From: Leptospira biflexa
GTDB taxonomy: Bacteria; Spirochaetota; DYNZ01
Direction: 5' to 3'
NCBI GenBank assembly: GCA_020720805.1
Contig: DYNZ01000006.1
Span: 22,632-85,858, forward strand
DNA: 63,227 nucleotides
The notes under the pieces are model-generated. The model saw only the letters and a program-made list of their open reading frames with translations. It was not told where the DNA came from and ran no database searches. The position numbers and the translations under genes are program-made. Positions 7,967 through 16,912 of this stretch are shown one piece after another; position 1 is the stretch's first letter, and every line of letters begins with the position of its first letter.

Positions 7967-10300
7967 ATGTTGGACTCAAGGCAATTTTTCGATAAAAGCA
8001 AAGCGCTATTTAACCGTATATCCCATATCTACGGCTATCCCTATGCTGTTACGATTACAACCAGCCTGGGAGGACTCTTATCCGCGATTCAGATTGCACT
8101 CTTTGTTATTGCGATTGTAGATCTATCCGAATTTGAAACAGGCATTCAACTGCTCACGATTTTTTTAAGTGGCACCCTCATTGTGTATATGGGCGGTCTT
8201 TACCTCCATTTTACCATCTTACAAAAAAAAGGTATCGTTCCCTTCAGCAAAACCTTTCAGACTGTTCAAAATTATATTGCCGGAAGCTCGCTGGCAAAAC
8301 CTGTGGAGTCCAAAGAGGCATACAGGGAGATTGTCTGCAGCCTGAGAAATATGCCCAAAGCAAGCATGATTCCGGCCTTTATCTACCCATCTCTGGTTTT
8401 ATTTCTGCTGGTCATGTATGAACTTCATTTCGGTAAAGCGGAAAACGCCGGTGTGCTGTTTGTCGCGGTACTCTCCTCTATCTTCTCCTATATGCTGATC
8501 GTCTATATCATTACCGAAATTCTGATCAATCAATTGATTCTCGAAATTCAAAAAAACTACCAGCCGGATCAGCCAGAAAAAAAATTTCGTCTGCAAATCC
8601 GTTATTGGGCGCTGCTGCTATTTGTACTTATTAGCGCCGGTCAACTCATGTATATGACTGTTTTCGGGGTCGGCAAATCTGCCAATCTCGCTCAGATTCT
8701 CTTCGTATTTTTAACTTTCATTATCATCTATTCTCTTTTTTCAGTCTATATCTTCAAGCTCAACATCCGTCAGAAACTAAAATCGCTGGTCTATGTTTTT
8801 ACTCTGATTTTTCTGGTGTTAAACGTTTATATATATATCAACTCCTATACCATCGTAAGCCGATCCACCATGATTGGAGACACCATCTCAAAGAAAAATG
8901 AGTACGCCGGACGCATTCATGAGGCAATCCGGGCGATCAGCGATACCTTTAAAGAGATCGACGAAACTGGAGATATCTCCATTCTTGATAATCTTACCAC
9001 CCATTACGATGTTTTCCAGATTAACTATAGCAGGTTGCAACAACTGCCGCCCGATCAAGATTCTCAAGACATAGAAAAATTAGGCACTGCCTTTAAGGCC
9101 TTCTTTCAAACTGGACGCGAACTGAGCATCGCAGTCGCGAACCAGGACTGGCAAAGATCCGCTCTATTTCTAAAAGATTTTGCCGAGGGAAAAAAAGCAG
9201 TCCTATCGCTTATCGAAGCTATTGTTCAGTTTAATCAGAAAACCCTGAAAAACTCAATTCAAAAAATTAACTATCACGCTGTCAACATGCGCACTATGTC
9301 CCTGATTATCACGGTTCTATCCATCGGTTTTGTGCTGCTTGTTTCCGTGATGATTATCATCTCGATTATTGCGCCACTGGATAAAATTTTACATGGGTCA
9401 AAGGCAATTGCCAGACGCGACTTCTCGGTTGTGCTGCCGGTAGATGGATCAGACGAGCTAACAGTCGTTGCCACAGCATTTAACGATATGACATCTGAAA
9501 TCAAAGAGTACACCAACCATCTGGAGCTGATGGTTGAAGAACGAACCATCCAGCTGAAAGATGCATTAGATGCCCTCTGGAGCGAAATGGAGCTTGCCAA
9601 GCGAATCCAGACTGCCCTGCTGCCAGAAAAGCCAATCCTTCCAGGTTATGAGATCAGCGCGATGATACTGCCAGCACGAGAGGTGGCCGGGGATTACTAT
9701 GATCTAATCCATACCGTGGAAAAAGATTGGTTTATCATCGGCGATGTAGCGGGACATGGAATCTCCGCTGGTCTCATTATGATGATGGCGCAGACAACTT
9801 TCCAGACTCTGGTTCATGAGCATCCGGACGCCTCTCCAGACAAAATATTGACATCGATGAACCGAACCCTATTTCGCAACCTGCAACTTCTGCATGAACA
9901 GAGCTTTATGACAGCCTGCGTAATCGTCAAGGATAAAAACCATCGCTTCCTTTTCTCCGGACAGCATCTCGAAATCATGATCTACCGCAAGGAGCGACAT
10001 CGTGTTGAGATAATTGAAACCCAGGGAATCTGGCTTGGTATCATAGAATCGATATCCGAATATCTCAGGATCGGGGAGTTTTATCTGGATAGCGGCGATC
10101 TTTTTCTCCTCTACTCCGATGGCATCATCGAAGGAATGAAAAAATCAGGAGCACCCTTTCGTCAGGAGGATCTACATGAATGCCTGCTCCGTCTATCTTC
10201 GCAATCGACGGAAGAGATTCGGAAGGGCATCCTCGCAGAGATAGATCCTAAATTGCACGAAGATGATGTCACCCTGATGGTCGTAAAAAGGACGGATTAG
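7967..10300 (+). CDS. Membrane sensor PP2C-type Ser/Thr phosphatase (7TM N-terminus, HAMP, SpoIIE/RsbU domain; 777 aa)
   Basis: About 7 N-terminal TM segments, a HAMP-like DELTVVATAFNDMTSEI, and a PP2C core AGDYYDL...IGDVAGHGISAGL...LYSDGIIE. Confidence 0.75.
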   Translation: MLDSRQFFDKSKALFNRISHIYGYPYAVTITTSLGGLLSAIQIALFVIAIVDLSEFETGIQLLTIFLSGTLIVYMGGLYLHFTILQKKGIVPFSKTFQTVQNYIAGSSLAKPVESKEAYREIVCSLRNMPKASMIPAFIYPSLVLFLLVMYELHFGKAENAGVLFVAVLSSIFSYMLIVYIITEILINQLILEIQKNYQPDQPEKKFRLQIRYWALLLFVLISAGQLMYMTVFGVGKSANLAQILFVFLTFIIIYSLFSVYIFKLNIRQKLKSLVYVFTLIFLVLNVYIYINSYTIVSRSTMIGDTISKKNEYAGRIHEAIRAISDTFKEIDETGDISILDNLTTHYDVFQINYSRLQQLPPDQDSQDIEKLGTAFKAFFQTGRELSIAVANQDWQRSALFLKDFAEGKKAVLSLIEAIVQFNQKTLKNSIQKINYHAVNMRTMSLIITVLSIGFVLLVSVMIIISIIAPLDKILHGSKAIARRDFSVVLPVDGSDELTVVATAFNDMTSEIKEYTNHLELMVEERTIQLKDALDALWSEMELAKRIQTALLPEKPILPGYEISAMILPAREVAGDYYDLIHTVEKDWFIIGDVAGHGISAGLIMMMAQTTFQTLVHEHPDASPDKILTSMNRTLFRNLQLLHEQSFMTACVIVKDKNHRFLFSGQHLEIMIYRKERHRVEIIETQGIWLGIIESISEYLRIGEFYLDSGDLFLLYSDGIIEGMKKSGAPFRQEDLHECLLRLSSQSTEEIRKGILAEIDPKLHEDDVTLMVVKRTD

Positions 10301-10318
10301 TCATCCCCCTTTGCGCTT

Positions 10319-11899
10319 TTAATATTTTTGTGCAATAATTTGCGGATTCCAGGTACGGGTAGTACCGCTCTTTTGGAAATGCATTGACTTTTCCACAAAG
10401 TAGAGCGCGGCCCGATCCTCTGGATCGTAGCGCAGAATGCTTTGAAAACTGAGAATAGCCTTGTCAAATTCATGCCTGTAGTACTGGTGCACACCCTCCT
10501 CAAAAAAACCTTTGTTGGCTTTGCGAACTGCGGCGGACTTGAAATCAAGGTGATTAAAAATTTCAAAAACGCTTGTTGTGCGCTCTTTTCCTTTTACAGC
10601 AACAGCGCCGAGACTGCGGAACAGATATTTCTCTCTAAATTTCACCTGAGACAAAATGGCCTGGCTGGCGATAAGCTGAACTCCAAAAATCTTAGTTAAC
10701 CCTTCCAGGCGGCTTGCCAAATTCACCGCGTCGGATATCACCGTCCCCTGCATCCTCTCTGCCTCGCCAATGGTTCCGAACATCAGCTTACCGATATGAA
10801 TCCCTATACCGATCTCTATCGGTCTAAAGCCGGAGTGGCTGCGGTGTTTATTATAAACAAAAATCTCCTTCTGCATGGCAATACCGGCCTGAAGCGCGTC
10901 GTCTGCCCCGTTTGGAAAAAGAGCCATAATTGCGTCGCCCATATAGTTATCCACATAGCCATTATGCTTGCGGATAATTGGACCCATCCGGCTAAGGTAG
11001 GAATTGATAAAATTAAAATTTTCCTGGGGAGACATCGATTCCGAATAACTGGTAAAATCCCGAATATCAGCAAATAGGATGGCCATCTCTTTTTCAATCT
11101 GCTCGCCAAGAGTAACCTCTCGAATGTCATTTTTACTCAAAAATGTAAGCATCTGCTGTAGTACAAATTTAGCCATAGCTTGATTGATAGTAATAAACTC
11201 TTCCGTCATCCGATGATGAGCGGCATCCTTTTCTTTTTGCAAATCAAGAATATGACGAATCGCTTTCGTAGAGATATAAAAAACCATGCCGATGGCGATC
11301 AAGCAGATAAGCAGTGCCACGCCAAGCGCATAAAAAATGCGATATCGGCTCGCCTCCTTGATCGCATCCTGTCCATTTTTTTTGGCCTCTAATTTTTTTC
11401 CTATCTCCGTTAAAAAATGGCGAAGGTTTTCCATAAGCGGAATGGTTCTGCTGGTAAAAATTTCAAGAGCCTTCTCTTTATCAGCCATTTTCATCTTTTC
11501 AATTTCTATTGCGCTCTGATGCAAAGCCAGATGCGGCAATTCAACTTGACTGACCAATGTATATAGATCGGGATGAAGCTCCAAAAAGCTATTGCGGGGC
11601 GTGCTATAAAGATATTTACCCAATTTACATTTCAGACCGCTGGTTTCGATAGCCAGCTTCTCCTTATGCGGGTCATTTACAAATTCAAATAATTGGATAG
11701 ACCATAGCATGTGCGCTGTTTTGATATCCAGAAAGTAGTGAAGAGAGCTATTGAGCTCCTGGCTGGCATAATCCGCTTTATGGATCTCCTGAATCGATTC
11801 ATACATAATCACAGCGGCAAGCAGAGACGCTACCATAGCCAAACCAATCGTGGTCAACAATTTAGCCCGGATACTGAGTCTCGAATGAATGAATGCCAT
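10319..11899 (-). CDS. Membrane-bound class III adenylate/guanylate cyclase with periplasmic sensor and HAMP (526 aa)
   Basis: Two TM helices flank a ~170-aa sensor. Cyclase homology domain ILFADIRDFTSYSE...YMGDAIMALF...GIGIHIGKLMFGTIG. Confidence 0.8.
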   Translation of the reverse strand: MAFIHSRLSIRAKLLTTIGLAMVASLLAAVIMYESIQEIHKADYASQELNSSLHYFLDIKTAHMLWSIQLFEFVNDPHKEKLAIETSGLKCKLGKYLYSTPRNSFLELHPDLYTLVSQVELPHLALHQSAIEIEKMKMADKEKALEIFTSRTIPLMENLRHFLTEIGKKLEAKKNGQDAIKEASRYRIFYALGVALLICLIAIGMVFYISTKAIRHILDLQKEKDAAHHRMTEEFITINQAMAKFVLQQMLTFLSKNDIREVTLGEQIEKEMAILFADIRDFTSYSESMSPQENFNFINSYLSRMGPIIRKHNGYVDNYMGDAIMALFPNGADDALQAGIAMQKEIFVYNKHRSHSGFRPIEIGIGIHIGKLMFGTIGEAERMQGTVISDAVNLASRLEGLTKIFGVQLIASQAILSQVKFREKYLFRSLGAVAVKGKERTTSVFEIFNHLDFKSAAVRKANKGFFEEGVHQYYRHEFDKAILSFQSILRYDPEDRAALYFVEKSMHFQKSGTTRTWNPQIIAQKY

Positions 11900-12093
11900 G
11901 GTAAGCTCCTCTGGATATCAGCATTGTACATCTCTGATAGAGGGCTACATTGATTTTTTTTTAGAAAAAATTCAAAAAAAATGACAAATTTCTGCTTTTT
12001 TTTCAAAAAAACCTCCAATACCGGGCTAATCTCCTTTTTGGCTTGCTTATTGAACCGTTTAGAATAAAACAAGAGGATAACGATTCGATTATA

Positions 12094-12193
12094 CCAATAA
12101 GCATCGAATTTGACCGGTTAGGCAACGCCATAACCGCGTCCTTATCGACCTTGGCATAAACGGTTGCTGGACAAAGTCCATCGCAAACAGTAT
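12094..12193. repeat. Family A repeat, internally deleted copy (100 bp), TA-flanked
   Basis: Matches the ends of 3551-3743 with internal deletions. Spurious ORFs 12003..12275 and 12089..12322 overlap it. Confidence 0.65.
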
Positions 12194-12209
12194 AGGATAC
12201 GGTCTGGAT

Positions 12210-14330
12210 TTGAGTAGGGAGAACTCTGGTTTTATGGATGTGAAGACAACGAACACAAAAAACACCTCTTTCCATATGAAACGAACTTTTCGCAATAAAA
12301 TTGTGCTGCCAATCGCCGCCACATTCCTATTCAGTTTTCTTGCCGCTTATGTGGCCATCTCAAAACTTAGCTTTGACGAGATCCTGCGCACAGCGGAAAA
12401 ATCCCTCCTCAATCAGGTTAGCAAAATCACATCCGAGATCAGCAAGCTCAGCGAAAGGGCGTTGCTGCTTACCCTGCCGATCTCCCAGATTACGGAGATT
12501 GAAAGGGCTTACTTGATTCCAGACGAGACTCGGGGTCGTAATGCCCTGCGTGCAGCGCTGATACCCCATTTTCAGGTTCTCCAAAAGCACTCCAATCTAT
12601 CCCATCTGCGCCTCCATTTTCACAAACCTCCTGCCCGCAGCTTTCTTCGCACCTGGATTGCCCCTGGCAACCCCGCGGAAGGGGGGGGATGATCTTTCCT
12701 CATTCCGTAGTACCCTGCTCTCTGTTTACCAAAACAGACAACCCCTGACAACGGTAGAGATTGGTTATAATGGTATGTTCTTCCGAGGGATAATGCCCAT
12801 CATTAAAGAAAACCGTTACCTTGGTTCTATGGAGATGTATTTTAAACCATCCGATCTTTTTTCGTTCGTTGAACAAGGCAGCCAACTCTCCATTTTTATT
12901 ACAAAAGAGTTTTCTGGCATTATCGATTCCGCTCGCTTTGCCAAGGACAATCTCCAAAAGCGCGGCTCCTATCTGCTTTTGGCAGGTACAGTAACCACTG
13001 CACCTGAATATCTCCAGGAAAAGCTGCTCGATAACGGCAGAGAAAAGATCTCCATACATAGAGAGGGGCATTATCTGGTAGCGACATTTCCCATTAAAAA
13101 CCACAAAAAAGAGACGGTCGCAATTTTCGCTCTATCCAAAAATATCGAATCCTCTCTGGCAGAAATCCGCAAGACAGAATGGACCTTGGCCGCGCTATTC
13201 CTGGTTTCGCTGGGTCTGGTTTTTGCCGTGATTTTTTTTGTCGTGCGCGTGGCATCAGGCCCTCTGCTCACGGCAAAAACAACTATACAGGAGATGGCCA
13301 AGGGAGAGGGAGATCTCCGCAAAAGACTGTAGGTCTCCTCCTCGGATGAGTTCGGCAAATTGGCCTACTGGTTAAATGCCTTTATCGAGGTTCTATCTGG
13401 AATCATCACGCAGATCAAGGAGTCCAGCCAACAGAGTTCTCATATCTCCAAACAGCTTGAGGCTCTTGCCGAAAAAGTTACCCAATCCTCACAAAACCAG
13501 GCCTCCTCATCCGAGGAGTCATCGGCCTCCATTGAAGAGATCACCTCCTCGATCGAAGAGGTATTGAACTCTTTATCCATGCAGACTCAAAATGCCCAGG
13601 GGAATAAAGAGGATGTGATGCATTTAAACGAAATGGGCAATGCCATCAATACAGCCATGAAGGAGCTACTGGCGCTGGTTCAGGACTCGTCGCAGCGGGC
13701 ATCAGTGGGAGGCGAGACAGTCATCGCGGTAACCCACACTCTATGGATGAGATGAAAAACCACGCCAGCCAGATTAGCCAGTTTGTGAACAGTATAACCG
13801 ATATCTCCGATCAGACCAACCTGCTCGCCCTGAATGCTGCCATTGAAGCTGCCCGCGCCGGCGACAGCGGCAAAGGCTTTGCCGTGGTTACTGATGAAAT
13901 CGGCAAACTTTCTGAAAAAACAGTTTTATCGGTGAAGGAGATTACCAAGCTTATAGAAAAAACCACTGATTCTGTCCAGGAAGCGTTTACCCGCTCCGAG
14001 ACCGCCGCCACGGAGATGATATCGATTATTACCTCCGTCGATAAAATGAAAACATTTATTGCAAACGTGGTCACATCTGTGGAAGAACAGACAAGAATGG
14101 CAAATTTGATTAGAGAGAGAGCCGCAAACGTTACACGCATGGCTGCCGACATTGAGCGCAGCATTCGCGAGCAAAAGCTCAGCATCGAAGAGGTCAACAG
14201 CGTTATGTCAGGACTGGCAACTGAGGCTCAAGATATTTCTCAGCAATCAGAACATATTCGCTCTATGATCGATCGCCTCAATGAGGTCAGCGCCAGCCTC
14301 CATTCTCTGGTAGGAAAGTTTCTCACCTAA
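12210..14330 (+). pseudogene. Methyl-accepting chemotaxis protein (Cache-type sensor, HAMP, MCP signalling domain) disrupted by 3 lesions
   Basis: Four ORF pieces. LHFHKPPARSFLRTW / GGDDLSSFR Cache motif split at a G8 tract (12681-12688; G7 would be in frame). In-frame TAG at 13330-13332 inside HAMP (GEGDLRKRL*VSSSDEFGKLAYWLNAF). 1-nt frameshift near 13741 inside the conserved signalling domain ([26 protein letters not shown]). Confidence 0.6.
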
Positions 14331-14333
14331 ACA

Positions 14334-14924
14334 TCAATTTTTCAATCTCTTGTCGAGCCAATGCGTCAGGGCGAAGCCCCCCAGACCGACTGCTACAATG
14401 ACAGCAACAACTAGCCCTGCTGGAATTGCCAGCGCGTCAGCAAAGGTATATCGACCGTAATCTCCGGATTTGTAAAATGGTTCAATCCAAGGAAAGATAT
14501 AGGTAAAAATAAGAACCCCGATAAAAAAGCCGCCAACAAAGGCAAGCCCGTCCAATTTTCCCGTAGCGCAGGCCACGGCAGAAGTGGTAGCACACTGGTT
14601 GGAGATCACCCAGCCTAAGCCCATAAAAATTCCGCCGACGATATGGGAGCCAATATAGGTTTTATTGATCCAAACTTTATCCATATCCACAAAACCTATC
14701 TGGGCAAGGAGATACAGTCCAACAAGGGCTACCAGAACAGCGGAAAACATAAAACGAAATATGGCAAAATCATATCCATACCATTGACCAGCGAGACGGC
14801 GCGATGAGGCAAAGCCAACCCGCTCAAGCAAAAACCCAAAACTAAAACCAAGCAGGATAGCCATTAGAGCGTTAGCCGCATCTGGCCACATATAAATTTT
14901 TGCAAATGGAGCCATCACAGCCAC
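14334..14924 (-). CDS. YeeE/YedE-family (DUF395) membrane protein, half-size paralogue (196 aa)
   Basis: Polytopic membrane protein with the conserved Cys-containing loop (SNQCATTSAVACATGKL). Overlaps the upstream paralogue by 10 nt. Confidence 0.6.
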   Translation of the reverse strand: MAVMAPFAKIYMWPDAANALMAILLGFSFGFLLERVGFASSRRLAGQWYGYDFAIFRFMFSAVLVALVGLYLLAQIGFVDMDKVWINKTYIGSHIVGGIFMGLGWVISNQCATTSAVACATGKLDGLAFVGGFFIGVLIFTYIFPWIEPFYKSGDYGRYTFADALAIPAGLVVAVIVAVGLGGFALTHWLDKRLKN

Positions 14925-15502
14925 TCCTTTCTAAAAAAGAACGCCAGCGCGTAGACTGTCATGAATACCATAGCCATAAAAATCCAGCTACCTACCGACA
15001 TCGTCGCTGTACCGCACAAAATCTGACCAGCCGTACATCCCCGTCCTATTCGTGTTCCGATCGCATAAACAACGCCGCCAAGAATAGCCAGGGCAATTCT
15101 GCGGCGATTTGTCGTGTTTGGTCCTTTTATAATTTCCACAAAAAATCGTTTACTGAAATATCCGCTGACAAATCCGCCAAGTACAACACCGATAAGCATA
15201 AAAACAAGATAATCGTCCAGAATAAACGACCCATCCCCAAAAAAATTTTCTAAATAGCCATTTTGCTGACCGGCAAGGCGGCCATCTTTTAATCCTGCTT
15301 CCGAAAAAACAGACGCGACAGAATCAGCAAAAAAAAGAGAGAGACGCGTATAAGCTCCGGAACCGCCAATCCCCCTCCCCGCAAAAACAAAAGAAGCCAG
15401 CAAAACCAATCCTAGCAGCGAGCCAGCAATGTACGGATTCCAATAAGGCCTGGCATCCTTCGCGTTCGTATATCTCGACATATCAATTTGTTTCATGATC
15501 AC
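14915..15502 (-). CDS. YeeE/YedE-family (DUF395) membrane protein, half-size paralogue (195 aa)
   Basis: GTRIGRGCTAGQILCG motif typical of YeeE/YedE sulfur-compound transporter family. Confidence 0.6.
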   Translation of the reverse strand: MIMKQIDMSRYTNAKDARPYWNPYIAGSLLGLVLLASFVFAGRGIGGSGAYTRLSLFFADSVASVFSEAGLKDGRLAGQQNGYLENFFGDGSFILDDYLVFMLIGVVLGGFVSGYFSKRFFVEIIKGPNTTNRRRIALAILGGVVYAIGTRIGRGCTAGQILCGTATMSVGSWIFMAMVFMTVYALAFFFRKEWL

Positions 15503-15707
15503 CTCGTTTCAGCGACAAATTAAAAAAAAACGCCTATTTCAGATTACGAATTATCGGCCAGACGGTCAAGATAAATATAATGTTAATAAACATTTATTTA
15601 TAAAATGCAATATTTTTTGTAAAAATATTTTCGCTTTTCATTAATTCTTAAAAACCGAAAGTAGTCTCATCCGGAAACTTACATAAAAACAGGAACCATG
15701 ACACCTA

Positions 15708-16264
15708 TACTGTTTGCAATGGACTTTGTGCCAAAAGGAGGTTGGCATACTATAAAGAAAGTGCTTTTCGCACTTTCTGGTGCTTCGACCTTGCTCAGCA
15801 CTAGCTTCGTTATCCTTGCTGCCGAATTTTCATTGAAATTTGGCATGTCCCCGCAAAACCTTTCCAAGGCTTTTGCGGGGACAGACATGGTTTCCCGGGG
15901 CGATGCCGCGCAGCGTGCGTATCGCTTCCGAATTATAAAATACAAAAAGGAAGCGATGCTGCGTATCGCTTCCGAATTATAAAATACAAAAAGGAAGCGA
16001 TGCCATGGGGAAAACCAATTTCTTTTCGGTATAATACCACGACCTGGCATTACCCGACGCAAGGCAACGCCATGCAGTCAGGGTATCCTGCAACTGTCAA
16101 TGCGATGTGCACGGATGCACGAGTGTCGCGGGTGACAGGAAGTCACAGGAGCGACCGACGTCCACGGATGGAAAAGAGCTGACACTAGGTCGATAAGAAC
16201 GCGGTTATGGCATTGCCCAACCGGTCACTTGTGCTGAGTTTATCGAAGCATCGATGCTTATTGG
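15708..16264. repeat. Composite repeat: family A copy (inverted, long form) carrying a ~290-bp family F insertion (approx 15746-16036) with hairpins and two tandem 43-bp stem-loop units (15918-15960, 15961-16003)
   Basis: Ends match the reverse complement of 3551-3743 with TA flanks. Internal perfect hairpins agaaagtgc/gcactttct (9 bp) and gtccccgcaaaa/ttttgcggggac (12 bp). ORFs 15679..16062, 15698..15982 and 16000..16182 are spurious. Confidence 0.7.
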
Positions 16265-16480
16265 TATATCTTCCCGAAAAGAGACAGCTCTTCCCCAAAG
16301 CTGCACCTTCATTTGGATTTTTTCAATTAAACTAAGATTCCAAATCGATGCCTACAGAAAACTGAATTCTTTTGAATAGAACTACCCACGCCGATTTTTC
16401 TTCGTTTACAAATTTGAGAACAGCAGACAAATCGTCCTAGGCGACAACATCAAGAAAGCTATACCAGGGTAAAGACAGAT

Positions 16481-16903
16481 ATGAACCAGGCAATTGAATG
16501 GAATGAAAAATATGAGACCAATATTGAGACAATAGACCAGCAGCACAAAAACCTGTTTCGAATCATCAACAACCTTTTTGACGCCGTCCGCAACCATAAA
16601 AACCGGTCTGAATTAACACCAATAGCCAGAGAGTTGCTTGAGTACACAGAATACCACTTTTCCTACGAAGAGAAGCACTTTCACCTTTTTTCTTTCAGCA
16701 AAACCGCTGAGCACGAGGTGGACCACCGGCTCTTTACTCAAAAGGTCAAAGAGTTCAGCGATGAGATCGCCCAGGATAAACTCTCCTCCGCAATGCCGAT
16801 GCTGGATTTTCTCATCAACTGGCTTGTTGACCATATAATACTCAAGGATAAACGGTATGTTCCGCTATTCTTGCAGAAAAAGCAGGAAATTGAAGCGAAG
16901 TAG
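16481..16903 (+). CDS. Bacteriohemerythrin (140 aa)
   Basis: WNEKYETNIETIDQQHKNLF...H...HF..EE..F...H...DHI hemerythrin HHE cation-binding pattern. Confidence 0.8.
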   Translation: MNQAIEWNEKYETNIETIDQQHKNLFRIINNLFDAVRNHKNRSELTPIARELLEYTEYHFSYEEKHFHLFSFSKTAEHEVDHRLFTQKVKEFSDEIAQDKLSSAMPMLDFLINWLVDHIILKDKRYVPLFLQKKQEIEAK

Positions 16904-16912
16904 CCCGGCGAA

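Noticed and set aside
13330-13332. In-frame TAG in the chemoreceptor HAMP domain as possible pyrrolysine/amber recoding
   Set aside because: No pyl genes are present in the window. All other genes terminate and read normally under the standard code. The same gene has two further frameshifts, so a pseudogene or sequence error is the economical explanation.
15918-16003. Tandem 43-bp palindromic units that could be mistaken for a CRISPR array
   Set aside because: There are only two adjacent identical units with no intervening unique spacers. The same unit is dispersed at other loci as part of an interspersed hairpin element. No cas genes are present in the window.
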